Of a stretch of 32,000 nt of DNA, positions 15,363-25,739 are shown in pieces. The stretch lies in assembly GCA_965279305.1 (NCBI GenBank), contig OZ257143.1, forward strand, positions 870,001 through 902,000, given 5' to 3'. The translations under genes were made by a program, and so were the position numbers. The stretch's first letter is position 1; the number at the start of each line of letters is the position of its first letter. This DNA comes from Gammaproteobacteria bacterium (lineage in GTDB: Bacteria; Pseudomonadota; Gammaproteobacteria; JBIOEC01). The notes beneath the pieces are model-generated. The model was given only the letters and a program-made list of their open reading frames with translations, made no database searches and had not been told where the DNA came from.

Positions 15363-16772
15363 ATGCCTTTCCAATTAGTCTGGTTATGGACCGATGCATT
15401 ATTGTGGTTCTTAGTGCTATCTATTGTGATAGCCATGGCGTTTATGCGCCGTGATCCGCAATGGTGGTCTTCTTGGTTGCAAGTATTTCATAGCCGCCAA
15501 GGGGTTATTTGTGGTTTGATACTCATGACGTTTATGGGTATTGCTTTGCTCGATTCTATTCATGTGCGTATGGCTATTCCCAATGAAACTGGATTCGACG
15601 GAACAACTTATGATGCTATGTCTGTGAGTGTATTAGATTTAATACTCTGGCCTTTAGGACAAACCTTTGAAGAAACGTATTCAGCGCCATTTTCACTACA
15701 TTTGTTTGTGAAAAAAATGCTAGTAGGCGCTGATGATCAATTTGTATTAGATTATCCGCGGTTATTATGGGGCGGAGTAGACTTAACTGATGTTAATCAA
15801 CGAGCAAGTAATATTTATCATATTTTAATAATTGCTTTTATTAAAGCCATGATCGTGTGGGCTTTGGTAATGACAGGTTTATGGGCTAACCATTTCTTTA
15901 AACGAAAAAATGCAAAATTAGCATGGAAGGTGTTATGGAGAGATTCTCCTAAAGAAATTCCTAGGCTTACCGCTTCTATCACCATCGCTGTTATTTTAAT
16001 GATATTGTTCTCTGCTACTGATTTAGCTACGGTTTACCATATTATGGGTACCGATAAAATTGGTATGGATGTATTTTATCAAGGGGTAAAAAGCATTCGA
16101 ACGGGTTTGATTATTGGTACCGTCACTACATTGTTTATGTTGCCTTGCGCGGTGATAGGCGGCATGCTAGCTGGTTATTTCCGTGGTTGGACAGATGATG
16201 TTATTCAATATATTTATTCCACTTTAAATGCTATTCCTTCAGTGTTGCTTATTGCTGCAGCAGCTTTGGTTTTACAGCTCTATATTATTCAGCATGTAGA
16301 TTGGTTTCCCACCGTAGAGCAACGTGCAGATGCGCGATTACTCATGTTGTGCGGCGTGTTGGGCTTAACGAATTGGACAACTTTATGTCGTTTATTACGT
16401 GGCGAAACTTTAAAGCTAAGACAAGCCGATTATGTGTTAGCGGCTCGTACCATGGGTGTTCCTTCTTATCGAATTTTGTGGAGACATATATTACCGAATA
16501 TTCTTCCTATTATTATTGTGGTGATGGTATTAGATTTTAGTACCTTCGTATTAATGGAAGCGGTATTGTCTTATGTGGGAGTGGGTGTTGATCCTACTAC
16601 TTCTAGTTGGGGAAATATGATTAATCGGGCGCGTTTAGAATTAGCTCGTGATCCTATGGTCTGGTGGTCGTTAACCACTGCATTTGTATTAATGTTTACG
16701 TTGGTGTTATCAGCTAATTTATTTGCTGATAAAGTGAGAGATGCGTTTGATCCTAAATTACAACAAGTATAA
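15363..16772 (+). CDS. ABC transporter permease (DppC/OppC/YejE-type) with ~200-aa N-terminal extension
   Basis: 469 aa. The C-terminal ~270 aa carry the DppC/OppC signature ETLKLRQADYVLAARTMGVPSYRILWRHILPN. The N-terminal extension has extra hydrophobic segments and a long loop. Confidence 0.85.
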   Translation: MPFQLVWLWTDALLWFLVLSIVIAMAFMRRDPQWWSSWLQVFHSRQGVICGLILMTFMGIALLDSIHVRMAIPNETGFDGTTYDAMSVSVLDLILWPLGQTFEETYSAPFSLHLFVKKMLVGADDQFVLDYPRLLWGGVDLTDVNQRASNIYHILIIAFIKAMIVWALVMTGLWANHFFKRKNAKLAWKVLWRDSPKEIPRLTASITIAVILMILFSATDLATVYHIMGTDKIGMDVFYQGVKSIRTGLIIGTVTTLFMLPCAVIGGMLAGYFRGWTDDVIQYIYSTLNAIPSVLLIAAAALVLQLYIIQHVDWFPTVEQRADARLLMLCGVLGLTNWTTLCRLLRGETLKLRQADYVLAARTMGVPSYRILWRHILPNILPIIIVVMVLDFSTFVLMEAVLSYVGVGVDPTTSSWGNMINRARLELARDPMVWWSLTTAFVLMFTLVLSANLFADKVRDAFDPKLQQV

Positions 16773-16774
16773 CC

Positions 16775-18631
16775 ATGCAAGAAAAACCGATTTTAGAAGT
16801 ACAACATTTACAAATGGAATTGCCCACGGCTCAAGGCTGGCTAAAAGCGGTGAGCGATGTGAGTTTTTCGTTGTATCCTGGAAAAACACTTGCTTTAGTC
16901 GGTGAGTCGGGTTGCGGAAAATCATTAACTGCATTATCAATTTTGCGCTTATTACCTTTAAAAGCTAAATGCGGTAAAAAAAGTAAAATTGTATTTAATG
17001 AGGAAGATTTATTAACGCTCACAGAGCATGAATTACAATTGATCCGCGGAAAGAAAATCGGCATGATTTTCCAAGAGCCCATGACTGCTCTTAATCCTGT
17101 ACTGACAGTAGGGTATCAGCTTGCCGAAACATTATGGAAACACCTTCAATTACCACATTCACAAATTCATTCCCATTCCTTAAATTTATTAGAACAAGTG
17201 GGATTGCCAAGCCCTCAAGCTTTATTACGTGCGTATCCACATGAATTGTCGGGAGGGCAGCGCCAGCGAGTAGCTATTGCTATCGCATTAGCCGGTGAGC
17301 CCGATATATTAATTGCCGATGAACCGACTACTGCATTAGATGTGACGATTCAAGCCCAAATATTAAATTTATTAGCGGATCTGCAAAAGCAACGAAAAAT
17401 GGCTTTGTTATTAATTACGCATGATTTATCAGTGGTAGCAAAACTGGCCGATGAAGTCGGCGTAATGTATGCAGGGCAAATAGTGGAGCAGGCACCTGTA
17501 GACCGCTTTTTTGCGCATCCTATGCATCCTTATAGCCAAGCGCTTTTTGCAGCATTACCTCAGAGTGAAAACAGAAATGAAAAATTATTTACTTTACCTG
17601 GCCGTGTTCCTGAATTAACGCAAAAATTTAAAGGGTGCCGTTTTGCTGATCGTTGTCCTGCTGTAGAAGAAGCGTGTAAGCATCATGAAATTCCGTGGGT
17701 CATGCCTAATTCAAAATATAAAGATCATATGATTCGATGCGATATTCCATTGCGCGAGCGAGAATGGAAATATAATACAGCAGATAATATAAAGATTGAT
17801 GCAAAATCAAAAATACATACGCATAAAGACAGAAATCCTATTTTAACCTTAGATAATGTGCATGTGAATTTTAAGCGAAAAAATCATTGGTGGGAATGGC
17901 ATGGTACTTTAGCGGCTGTGGATGGCGTAAGCTTTTCATTATATCCTGGAAAAACATTAGCGTTGGTAGGTGAATCAGGCAGTGGTAAAACCACGTTGGC
18001 TAAAGCTTTATTGCGTTTAGTGCAAATGAGTAGTGGAAAAGTGATGCTACATTCTGACGAAACCCATTCCATGAAAAATCTTTCCATGCGAGAGCAGGCT
18101 AAATGGATGCAAATTATTTGGCAAGATCCTTATAGTTCTTTAGATCCCCGCTTATCTATTCGCAATATTTTAGCTGAAGGTTTAGAAGTGAACGGAAAAA
18201 AAGAGATTTCTAATGATACTATTATTCAACTTTTATCTCGTGTGGGTTTGCCTCCCACTAGTGCAACGCGTTACCCTCATCAGTTTTCGGGGGGGCAACG
18301 CCAACGAATTGCGATTGCGCGCGCATTAGCAGCTAAACCTAAAATATTAATTTGCGATGAACCGACAAGTGCATTAGATGTATCGGTTCAGGCACAAGTA
18401 TTAAATTTATTAAAAGATCTACAAACAGAATCTCAATTGGCTTATTTATTAATTACTCATAATATGTCAGTAGTAGAATATTTAGCGGATACGGTTGCTG
18501 TGATGTATATGGGACGTATTGTGGAATTTGGTGATGTAACGCAAGTATTAAAAAAACCACGGCATCCTTATACTAAATTATTATTAAAATCGGTGCTGTC
18601 TCCTAAGCCATCTAAAACAAAAGGAACTTAA
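16775..18631 (+). CDS. Fused double ATP-binding-cassette ATPase (YejF/GsiA-like)
   Basis: 618 aa with two complete ABC modules. Walker A motifs are GESGCGKS and GESGSGKT. Signature motifs are LSGGQRQR and FSGGQRQR. Walker B motifs are [12 protein letters not shown] and [12 protein letters not shown]. An oligopeptide-type C-terminal extension follows each module. Confidence 0.92.
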   Translation: MQEKPILEVQHLQMELPTAQGWLKAVSDVSFSLYPGKTLALVGESGCGKSLTALSILRLLPLKAKCGKKSKIVFNEEDLLTLTEHELQLIRGKKIGMIFQEPMTALNPVLTVGYQLAETLWKHLQLPHSQIHSHSLNLLEQVGLPSPQALLRAYPHELSGGQRQRVAIAIALAGEPDILIADEPTTALDVTIQAQILNLLADLQKQRKMALLLITHDLSVVAKLADEVGVMYAGQIVEQAPVDRFFAHPMHPYSQALFAALPQSENRNEKLFTLPGRVPELTQKFKGCRFADRCPAVEEACKHHEIPWVMPNSKYKDHMIRCDIPLREREWKYNTADNIKIDAKSKIHTHKDRNPILTLDNVHVNFKRKNHWWEWHGTLAAVDGVSFSLYPGKTLALVGESGSGKTTLAKALLRLVQMSSGKVMLHSDETHSMKNLSMREQAKWMQIIWQDPYSSLDPRLSIRNILAEGLEVNGKKEISNDTIIQLLSRVGLPPTSATRYPHQFSGGQRQRIAIARALAAKPKILICDEPTSALDVSVQAQVLNLLKDLQTESQLAYLLITHNMSVVEYLADTVAVMYMGRIVEFGDVTQVLKKPRHPYTKLLLKSVLSPKPSKTKGT

Positions 18632-18632
18632 T

Positions 18633-19346
18633 ATGAAAAAAGCTTTCGTTGAATATAAACATGATGATGTGGTGTTAGAAGCTTATGTGGTAACTCCTGA
18701 TGAAAATAAAAAACTTCCTACCATTTTATTATTGCACGCTTGGAAAGGACGTGATGAATTAATGTTGAAAGCTGCAGAAGAGTGGGCAAATAAAGGTTAT
18801 GTAGGTATTGCATTAGATACTTATGGTAAAGGAAAATTAGGTGGAACCAAAGAAGAAAATGCTGCTTTAATGAAGCCGTTTATGGACGATCGTGCATTTC
18901 TTGCCAAGCGTTTATTTGCAGGTGTGGAAATGGCAAAAAAATTACCGAGTGTAAATGCAAATAAAATGCTAGCTCTTGGATTTTGTTTTGGTGGGCTATG
19001 CGCGCTAGATTTATGGCGTCATGGTGCAGAGCTTTCGGGTGTTATTAGTGTGCATGGATTATTAGGTGCGCCAGAAGTAAATCCTAAAAAATATCGCATC
19101 GAAACAAAAGTACTCGCATTAGGGGGGTACAATGATCCTATCGTCACGCCAGATCAAGTACAAGCCTTTGAAAAAGAGTTAGATCACAGCAAAGCCGACT
19201 GGCAGCTCGTGACGTATGGTAATACGGTACATGCTTTCACTAATCCCGAGGCTAACGATAAAGCATTTGGTACTGTCTACAATCCAGTAGCGGCTAAGCG
19301 AGCTAGCCAAGCAATAGATTTATTTGTAGGTGAATGCTTTCAATAA
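18633..19346 (+). CDS. Dienelactone hydrolase family alpha/beta hydrolase
   Basis: 237 aa. The nucleophile elbow with Cys (LGFCFGGLCA) and the C-terminal YGNTVHAF histidine motif are typical of the DLH family. The ATG lies 1 nt after the ATPase stop. Confidence 0.75.
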   Translation: MKKAFVEYKHDDVVLEAYVVTPDENKKLPTILLLHAWKGRDELMLKAAEEWANKGYVGIALDTYGKGKLGGTKEENAALMKPFMDDRAFLAKRLFAGVEMAKKLPSVNANKMLALGFCFGGLCALDLWRHGAELSGVISVHGLLGAPEVNPKKYRIETKVLALGGYNDPIVTPDQVQAFEKELDHSKADWQLVTYGNTVHAFTNPEANDKAFGTVYNPVAAKRASQAIDLFVGECFQ

Positions 19347-19410
19347 AGCTCTCCCCCTATTCACGCCTTTCTAGTAGAATACCCTGTATCTCCAATAGAA
19401 AGGCAAATTC

Positions 19411-19860
19411 ATGCATATTTCTAATACCGATGCGATGCTGGCACTAGGCAGCCGACTAAGCAAAAAAGCGCAGACTATTCCTAGTGGTGTGATTTACCTG
19501 AAAGGGGCTTTAGGCGCAGGCAAGACCACATTCGTTAGAGGCGTGCTCAGAGGCTTAGGCTATCAAGGTATTGTAAAAAGTCCTACTTATACTCTGGTTG
19601 AAACCTATGCATTGCCAGCGCTTAATGTGTATCATTGGGATATGTATCGAATTAACGATCCTCATGAGTTAGAAAACGTAGGGATCCGTGAATATGAGGC
19701 TCAGCCTGCTTGGTGGTTTATAGAGTGGCCTGAAAAAGCCCAAGGCTCTTTGCCTGAGCCTGATTTGATTATGACCTTTGAAGTACAAGGTAACGAGCGG
19801 GAAATAATAGGCGAAGCCTTTACGGAAAAAGGGGAGCAGCTGTGTCAGAGTTGGCTATAA
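19411..19860 (+). CDS. tsaE: tRNA threonylcarbamoyladenosine (t6A) biosynthesis ATPase TsaE (YjeE)
   Basis: 149 aa. It has the P-loop LKGALGAGKTTFVRG, then SPTYTLVETY and HWDMYR motifs. It sits in the conserved position upstream of amiB-mutL. Confidence 0.9.
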   Translation: MHISNTDAMLALGSRLSKKAQTIPSGVIYLKGALGAGKTTFVRGVLRGLGYQGIVKSPTYTLVETYALPALNVYHWDMYRINDPHELENVGIREYEAQPAWWFIEWPEKAQGSLPEPDLIMTFEVQGNEREIIGEAFTEKGEQLCQSWL

Positions 19861-19906
19861 TAATAGAACAAATCATTAGAAAATGGGCGAATAGGACTTA
19901 AGTCAG

Positions 19907-21334
19907 ATGAAAAGGAAATTTCAGTTCATCAGTACCATCAGCACAGCTTTTTTTTCGCTGTTTTTATTTTCGCCCTTAACTTTTGCTCAAGAGCAAGCGA
20001 GCGTAAAATCCGTACGTGTCTGGCCCTCACCCGATAGCACCCGAATTGTTTTCGACCTCAGCGCACCTATTAGTTACGAAGCATTCAATTTAGCCGATCC
20101 CCATCGTGTGGTGATTGATATTGATAATGTGCAAATGATGGCTTCTACTACAGATATTTCTTTAACATCTACTCCCATTAAGCACTTACGTCATGCACCC
20201 AGAGAAAAACAAGGTGTGCGGGTAGTGTTAGATACGCACCAAAACGTACGCATTAAAAGTTTTCAACTTCCACCCAATGAACAATACGGTCATCGTTTAG
20301 TGTTGGATTTATACACTGATGGCCAAGCACCTTCTGCTGCCATAGCGCAACCTCCTACAACCAGTGCATCTATCCCTGCACCTGCTGCTCCTTCTGTAAA
20401 ACGTGCTGTCACTGGCACCGTAAAACCACGCACTTTTGTGGTGGCAATTGACCCAGGTCATGGTGGAGAAGATCCCGGTGCAACGGGTACTAGAGGCACA
20501 CGTGAAAAAAATGTGGTGCTGGCGATTGCACGTGAATTAAAAGCCATGGTTGATAAAGAGCCAGGTATGAGAGCGTATTTAACCCGTGATGGCGATTACT
20601 TTGTGCCCTTACGTACTCGTATTGAAAAAGCACGAGCAGCAGAAGCCGATTTATTTATTTCAATTCATGCTGATGCCTTCCGCGATAAACGCGCGCATGG
20701 TGCTTCAGTATTTACACTTTCACAAAACGGTGCGAGTAGTGAAGCGGCACGTTGGTTAGCTGAGCAAGAAAACGAATCAGATTTAATTGGTGGCGTGAGC
20801 TTAGATGATAAAGATAAAGTGCTTGCTTCAATTTTATTAGATTTATCACAAAGTGCGAGTGGAGAAGCCAGCACCAATTTAGGTTCATCAGTATTATCAC
20901 AAATGAAACATGTCGCTCCTTTGCATGGCAGCAAACGGGTGCAACAAGCAGGGTTTTTAGTATTGAAATCGCCTGATATTCCTTCTATTTTGGTGGAAAC
21001 CGAATTTATTTCTAACCCCAATGCTGAAAATAAATTAAACAGCAAACATTACCAAAAACAAATGGCGCAAGCTATTATGACGGGTATCAAAAATTATAAG
21101 CACTCTTCTTCCGGTTATCATGAAAGAATTATGTTAACGGCTAGCCATCAAAGCGTGCCTAGTAATCATTCTGGTGGCCATTCTGCTCAGCAATATACGG
21201 TTAAAAGTGGTGACACCTTATCTCAAGTGGCGCAAAAATTTGGTGTAAGCACACAACGTATTAAATCGTTTAACAATATGTCTAATGATATAGTGCGAGT
21301 GGGTCAAACTTTAAAAATACCGATGAGCCAATAA
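19907..21334 (+). CDS. amiB: N-acetylmuramoyl-L-alanine amidase (AMIN domain + Amidase_3 + C-terminal LysM)
   Basis: 475 aa. It has a Sec-type signal (FSLFLFSPLTFAQE). The AMIN-like N-domain reads VRVWPSPDSTRIVFDL...VVIDI. The amidase-3 core reads VVAIDPGHGGEDPGA...ADLFISIHADA...ILVETEFISNP. The LysM domain reads YTVKSGDTLSQVAQKFGV...VGQTLKIP. The symbol is assigned from synteny (tsaE-amiB-mutL). Confidence 0.88.
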   Translation: MKRKFQFISTISTAFFSLFLFSPLTFAQEQASVKSVRVWPSPDSTRIVFDLSAPISYEAFNLADPHRVVIDIDNVQMMASTTDISLTSTPIKHLRHAPREKQGVRVVLDTHQNVRIKSFQLPPNEQYGHRLVLDLYTDGQAPSAAIAQPPTTSASIPAPAAPSVKRAVTGTVKPRTFVVAIDPGHGGEDPGATGTRGTREKNVVLAIARELKAMVDKEPGMRAYLTRDGDYFVPLRTRIEKARAAEADLFISIHADAFRDKRAHGASVFTLSQNGASSEAARWLAEQENESDLIGGVSLDDKDKVLASILLDLSQSASGEASTNLGSSVLSQMKHVAPLHGSKRVQQAGFLVLKSPDIPSILVETEFISNPNAENKLNSKHYQKQMAQAIMTGIKNYKHSSSGYHERIMLTASHQSVPSNHSGGHSAQQYTVKSGDTLSQVAQKFGVSTQRIKSFNNMSNDIVRVGQTLKIPMSQ

Positions 21335-23160
21335 TGACTATACCTCGTATTCGTTTATTAAATCGATTGTTAGCAGATCAAATTGCTGCGGGTGAAGTAG
21401 TAGAGCGACCGGCTTCGGTTTTAAAAGAATTAATGGAAAACAGTATTGATTCAGGTGCTACACAAATTGATGTAGTGATCCAAGAAGGTGGTTTTCGTTT
21501 AATTAAAGTCAGAGATGATGGATGTGGAATTGAACAGCATGATTTGCGTTTGGCGGTGAGTCGTCACGCTACTAGTAAAATTGCAGCCATAGAAGATTTA
21601 TCTTCTATTACTAGCCTAGGATTTCGTGGTGAAGCATTAGCGAGTATTGCTTCTGTTTCTCGCTTTTGGATAAGCTCAAAACCTGCTCATCAAACACAAG
21701 CCTGGCAACTTCACCTCGATGGCTCTGAAGCTGAATTAGAATTGCAGCCTACCTCACATCCTACCGGCACTACTGTGGTTGTTCAGGATTTGTTTTTTAA
21801 TACGCCTGCACGTCGCAAATTTATGCGCAGCGAAAAAACAGAATACTTACAAATGGAAGAAGTGTTTAAACGCATTGCGCTTAGTCATTTATCGATTGGT
21901 TTTACATTTACCTATAATCAGCGCACCACTTATCGTTTATTAGCGGCCACTACAGCGGCGCAACAACAACGTAGAATTGCTAAAGTATTTGGCAATCCTT
22001 TTTTAGAAAATGCTTGTCATGTAGATATGCAAGCCACAGATTTAGCACTAACAGGATGGTTAGGATTACCGAATTTTTCCCGTAGCCAAAATGATTTGCA
22101 ATATGTTTATTTAAATGGACGATTAGTTCGTGATCGCGTGATTAATCACGCCTTACGCCAAGCGTATGACGATTTATTACCTACAGGCCGCCATGCGGTA
22201 TTTGTTTTATATTTAACGGTAAATCCTTCTATTGTGGATGTGAATGTACATCCCACTAAACATGAAGTGCGTTTCCCACAAGCTCGTCTTATTCACGATT
22301 TTCTGGTGTATGCCGTGCGTAGAGGTTTACAACACTTAGATAAAGAAGATTCGCCAGCAGAAGAGCAACAAGCGATAGCGGTAGAAAAAAACTGGTTAAG
22401 TGCAGAAAAACCTTTTGTGCATGTAGCAGAAACCGCAGCTACTTACGAAAAATTACCCGAACCTATAATAGAGCCTGTTGCGGAAACAATAATTGCATCG
22501 GTAGTTGATGCACCCGTTGAAGCACCAGCACGTATTGAACGAAATCCTGAGCCATTATTATTAGTACAAGAAACAGAATCTTTTGAAAGTGAAGTAAAAA
22601 CGAAAAATAATCCATGGGGGCGACCATTAGCCTTATTACAAAAGCGTTGGCTGATGAGTGAAACAGAAAATGGTGTGTTGCTCATTGATACTTATGGCGC
22701 ACAATGGACATTAGCCGTAAAACAAGCACAAGATGCATACAAACGTGCGCACTTGCCCGCACAACCTTTATTATTTCCTCACACCCAAGTATTGAAAAAG
22801 AATATGATAGCGCCTTTACTAGAATACACTGATCGGTTGAAAGAAGTAGGTATTACCGTAGAGCAATTAACCCCTACGACTATTGTGGTACGCACATTAC
22901 CTCGCTTATTAGCAGACTTAGATAAAAATGGTTTTTTATTAGCACTTTGTGAACAGCTAAGACATTTTCATTTAGAAATATCAGATATTTTAACTCTGGC
23001 AGGGCAATATGTTATTCCCATGGCCTTAATCTCTACTTTTCAGCAACAAGCCTTGCTAGAAGATTTGCATTTATACATGCCATTAAACTTTTCTAAATTA
23101 CCTGCGTTTTGTGATCTCATGACTTACGAAGAATTCTCTAACCGTGTGGGAGTACTGTGA
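21334..23160 (+). CDS. mutL: DNA mismatch repair protein MutL
   Basis: 608 aa. The GHKL ATPase N-terminus reads IRLLNRLLADQIAAGEVVERPASVLKELMENSIDSGAT...FRGEALASI. The start overlaps the amiB stop (TAATG). Confidence 0.95.
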   Translation: MTIPRIRLLNRLLADQIAAGEVVERPASVLKELMENSIDSGATQIDVVIQEGGFRLIKVRDDGCGIEQHDLRLAVSRHATSKIAAIEDLSSITSLGFRGEALASIASVSRFWISSKPAHQTQAWQLHLDGSEAELELQPTSHPTGTTVVVQDLFFNTPARRKFMRSEKTEYLQMEEVFKRIALSHLSIGFTFTYNQRTTYRLLAATTAAQQQRRIAKVFGNPFLENACHVDMQATDLALTGWLGLPNFSRSQNDLQYVYLNGRLVRDRVINHALRQAYDDLLPTGRHAVFVLYLTVNPSIVDVNVHPTKHEVRFPQARLIHDFLVYAVRRGLQHLDKEDSPAEEQQAIAVEKNWLSAEKPFVHVAETAATYEKLPEPIIEPVAETIIASVVDAPVEAPARIERNPEPLLLVQETESFESEVKTKNNPWGRPLALLQKRWLMSETENGVLLIDTYGAQWTLAVKQAQDAYKRAHLPAQPLLFPHTQVLKKNMIAPLLEYTDRLKEVGITVEQLTPTTIVVRTLPRLLADLDKNGFLLALCEQLRHFHLEISDILTLAGQYVIPMALISTFQQQALLEDLHLYMPLNFSKLPAFCDLMTYEEFSNRVGVL

Positions 23161-24092
23161 GTACGTCTATTCCTATTGTGTTTTTGATGGGGCCTACGGC
23201 GTCGGGGAAGACTGATGCGGCTTTATCTATTGCCCAAGATTTTCCTATTGAAATTATTAGCGTGGATTCTGCTTTGGTTTATCGCGGTATGGATATTGGT
23301 ACCGCAAAGCCTAGCTTGGAAATTCGCAGCCATGTGCCTCATCATTTAATTGATATTCGTGATCCTGCTGATAGTTATTCGGTGGCAGAATTTTGCAAAG
23401 ATACTAAAAAATTAATTCCAGAAATTTTGGCGCGGGGTAACTATCCTTTATTAGTAGGCGGCACCATGATGTATTTCAAATCGTTAGTGGGTGGTTTATC
23501 TAAAATGCCCAGCGCTTCACCTGATATTCGAGCAGAGCTAGATAAGCAAGCGAAACAGAAAGGGTGGGAAGCGATGCATCAACAATTGGCAGAAGTGGAT
23601 CCGGAAACTGCTGCACGATTACACCCGAATGATACACAACGTATTCAGCGTGCATTAGAGATTTTTTTAAGTACTGGAAAAACTTCTACCGAATTACGAA
23701 AAGAAAATAAAACGGTTTTTCCTTTTGAATATCAGTCGCTCGCGGTTTCTCCAGCGGAGAGAAGTGTGTTGCATCAGCGCATTGCACAGCGTTTTGATTA
23801 TATGTTACATCATGGATTGATTGAAGAAGTAAAGGGATTAATGGATCGCGGTGATTTACATATGAATATGCCTTCCATGCGTGCAGTGGGATATCGACAA
23901 GTGTGGGAAGGACTGGTAGAAAATAGATCAGTAGATGAAATTCGTGAACGTGGAATTGCGGCAACACGACAATTAGCGAAACGACAATTAACATGGTTGC
24001 GTCATTGGCCGGATCTTCAATTGTTTGATAGTACATCACCCGATGTTATTATAAAATTAAAACAAACTATTGCTCAATATTGGGCTCCATGA
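23157..24092 (+). CDS. miaA: tRNA dimethylallyltransferase MiaA
   Basis: 311 aa. It has the P-loop [10 protein letters not shown], then [18 protein letters not shown] and HHLIDI motifs. The GTG start overlaps the mutL stop (GTGA). Confidence 0.95.
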   Translation: MSTSIPIVFLMGPTASGKTDAALSIAQDFPIEIISVDSALVYRGMDIGTAKPSLEIRSHVPHHLIDIRDPADSYSVAEFCKDTKKLIPEILARGNYPLLVGGTMMYFKSLVGGLSKMPSASPDIRAELDKQAKQKGWEAMHQQLAEVDPETAARLHPNDTQRIQRALEIFLSTGKTSTELRKENKTVFPFEYQSLAVSPAERSVLHQRIAQRFDYMLHHGLIEEVKGLMDRGDLHMNMPSMRAVGYRQVWEGLVENRSVDEIRERGIAATRQLAKRQLTWLRHWPDLQLFDSTSPDVIIKLKQTIAQYWAP

Positions 24093-24141
24093 TATCCTAC
24101 GCGCATACTCTCTTACTATTATAATAACAAGGAGACCCTCC

Positions 24142-24402
24142 ATGTCTAAAGGTCAAAACCTGCAAGATCCTTTTTTAAACACCTTACGTAAAGAAAAAGT
24201 TCCAGTCGCTATTTATTTAGTGAATGGAATTAAATTACAAGGTTTGGTTGAATCATTTGATCAATTTGTTGTCTTATTAAAAAATACCGTTAGTCAAATG
24301 GTATACAAACATGCTATTTCCACCATCGTTCCTTCGCGCAATGTTAAAATTAGTTATGAACCCTTTGCTGACGAAGTTGTTGAAACTGGGGATGTTGTTT
24401 GA
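24142..24402 (+). CDS. hfq: RNA chaperone Hfq
   Basis: The sequence [65 protein letters not shown] contains the canonical Sm1/Sm2 motifs. AGGAGA at 24130-24135 lies 6 nt upstream of this ATG. The track ORF start at 24070 is an unsupported upstream extension. Confidence 0.95.
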   Translation: MSKGQNLQDPFLNTLRKEKVPVAIYLVNGIKLQGLVESFDQFVVLLKNTVSQMVYKHAISTIVPSRNVKISYEPFADEVVETGDVV

Positions 24403-25670
24403 TAGAAAGAGCAATACTGGTACATGTTTATCCTTCGCAGTCCTATGTACCAGAAGATGTTGAAGAGTTTAAATCTCTAGCAAAAGCGGCGAACGTTGAT
24501 GTTGTTGAGTTCGTCGCTATTCCTTTGCGCGAGTCTCACGCTAAATATTTAATTGGCAGCGGTAAAGCCGAAGAAATTCAAGAGCTCGCTAAACTACATA
24601 AACCCGATCTGGTTATTATTAATCATGCTATTTCTCCCGCGCAAGAACGAAATTTATCGCGCTTATGGGAATGCCATGTTGTCGATCGCACGGGTCTTAT
24701 TCTCGATATTTTCGCACAACGTGCTCGTACCTACGAAGGAAAATTACAAGTTGAATTAGCGCAGCTCAATTATTTAGCTTCTCGATTGGTTCGTGCTTGG
24801 ACGCATTTAGAAAGACAAAAAGGTGGAATTGGTTTGCGTGGTCCAGGTGAAAGCCAATTAGAAACCGATAAACGATTAATTAAAATTCGTATTCGTTATT
24901 TAAAAGAACGTTTAAGTGATGTGCGTAAACAACGAGAACAAAGTCGTCGCGCACGTCAACGCAGCGATACTCCCACTGTTTCATTGGTGGGATATACCAA
25001 TGCCGGTAAATCCACTTTGTTTAATCAATTAAGTGGATCGGATGTGTGGGTAGCAGATCAATTATTTGCGACACTCGATCCTACGGTGAGAAGAGTGGAT
25101 ATTCCTCAAGTCGGTAATACAGTTTTAGTTGACACCGTAGGATTTATTCAACAATTGCCGCACGATTTAGTAGAAGCTTTTCGAGGAACTTTAGAAGAAA
25201 CTCGCTTAGCGCATTTATTATTACATGTGATTGATGCCAGTGATCCTCAATACACGGAAAAGCAAGAATCTGTGCAAGCCGTATTAAAACAAATTGGGGC
25301 AGACGAAATTCCCCAATTATGGGTTTATAACAAAATCGACAAATTAGACATTGAGCCCCGTATCGATAGAGATGGCCAAGGACTACCAAACCGCGTATGG
25401 ATCTCGGCTGCTAGCGACAAAGGGTTAGACTTACTAAGGCAAGCCATTAGCGAAAAACTAGGCTCCGAGCTTCTTAACATCACCTTATGCTTACCCCCCG
25501 AAGACGGCCGCCTGCGCGCCCAGCTGCACCAGCACCACCTCATCCAATCTGAAACCACCGACGACCTCGGCAACTCCCTCCTCACCATCCGCTCCTCTGC
25601 CTCCTCCTTAGAACAACTATTTACGAAAGAAAACAAAAACTGGCAAGACTATATGAAAGATCTTGAGTAA
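24399..25670 (+). CDS. hflX: Ribosome-associated GTPase HflX
   Basis: 423 aa. It is collinear with known HflX sequences ([44 protein letters not shown]). G1 is [12 protein letters not shown], followed by DTVGF and NKID. The putative TTG start overlaps the hfq stop (TTGA). Confidence 0.93.
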   Translation: MIERAILVHVYPSQSYVPEDVEEFKSLAKAANVDVVEFVAIPLRESHAKYLIGSGKAEEIQELAKLHKPDLVIINHAISPAQERNLSRLWECHVVDRTGLILDIFAQRARTYEGKLQVELAQLNYLASRLVRAWTHLERQKGGIGLRGPGESQLETDKRLIKIRIRYLKERLSDVRKQREQSRRARQRSDTPTVSLVGYTNAGKSTLFNQLSGSDVWVADQLFATLDPTVRRVDIPQVGNTVLVDTVGFIQQLPHDLVEAFRGTLEETRLAHLLLHVIDASDPQYTEKQESVQAVLKQIGADEIPQLWVYNKIDKLDIEPRIDRDGQGLPNRVWISAASDKGLDLLRQAISEKLGSELLNITLCLPPEDGRLRAQLHQHHLIQSETTDDLGNSLLTIRSSASSLEQLFTKENKNWQDYMKDLE

Positions 25671-25739
25671 AACCCCCAACATCGATAGACTATGCCTGCT
25701 GGATAACATCATTCGGCACAATGCTTTAAAGAGGATCCT

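Noticed and set aside
19366-19403. Inverted repeat CCTTTCTA-N22-TAGAAAGG between the hydrolase gene and tsaE
   Set aside because: It has an 8-bp stem with a 22-nt loop and no T-run. It is thermodynamically marginal, so it is not reported as a terminator or operator.
24070-24141. Upstream extension of hfq (track ORF starts at 24070, overlapping the miaA 3' end)
   Set aside because: The extension encodes non-Hfq sequence and overlaps miaA. The canonical [13 protein letters not shown] start at 24142 has an AGGAGA Shine-Dalgarno at correct spacing.
25325-25636. 103-aa antisense ORF within the C-rich patch of hflX
   Set aside because: The sense frame here remains collinear with the conserved HflX C-terminal domain. 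The antisense ORF is an expected by-product of the G-rich complementary strand (few stop codons) and has no RBS or recognisable motif.
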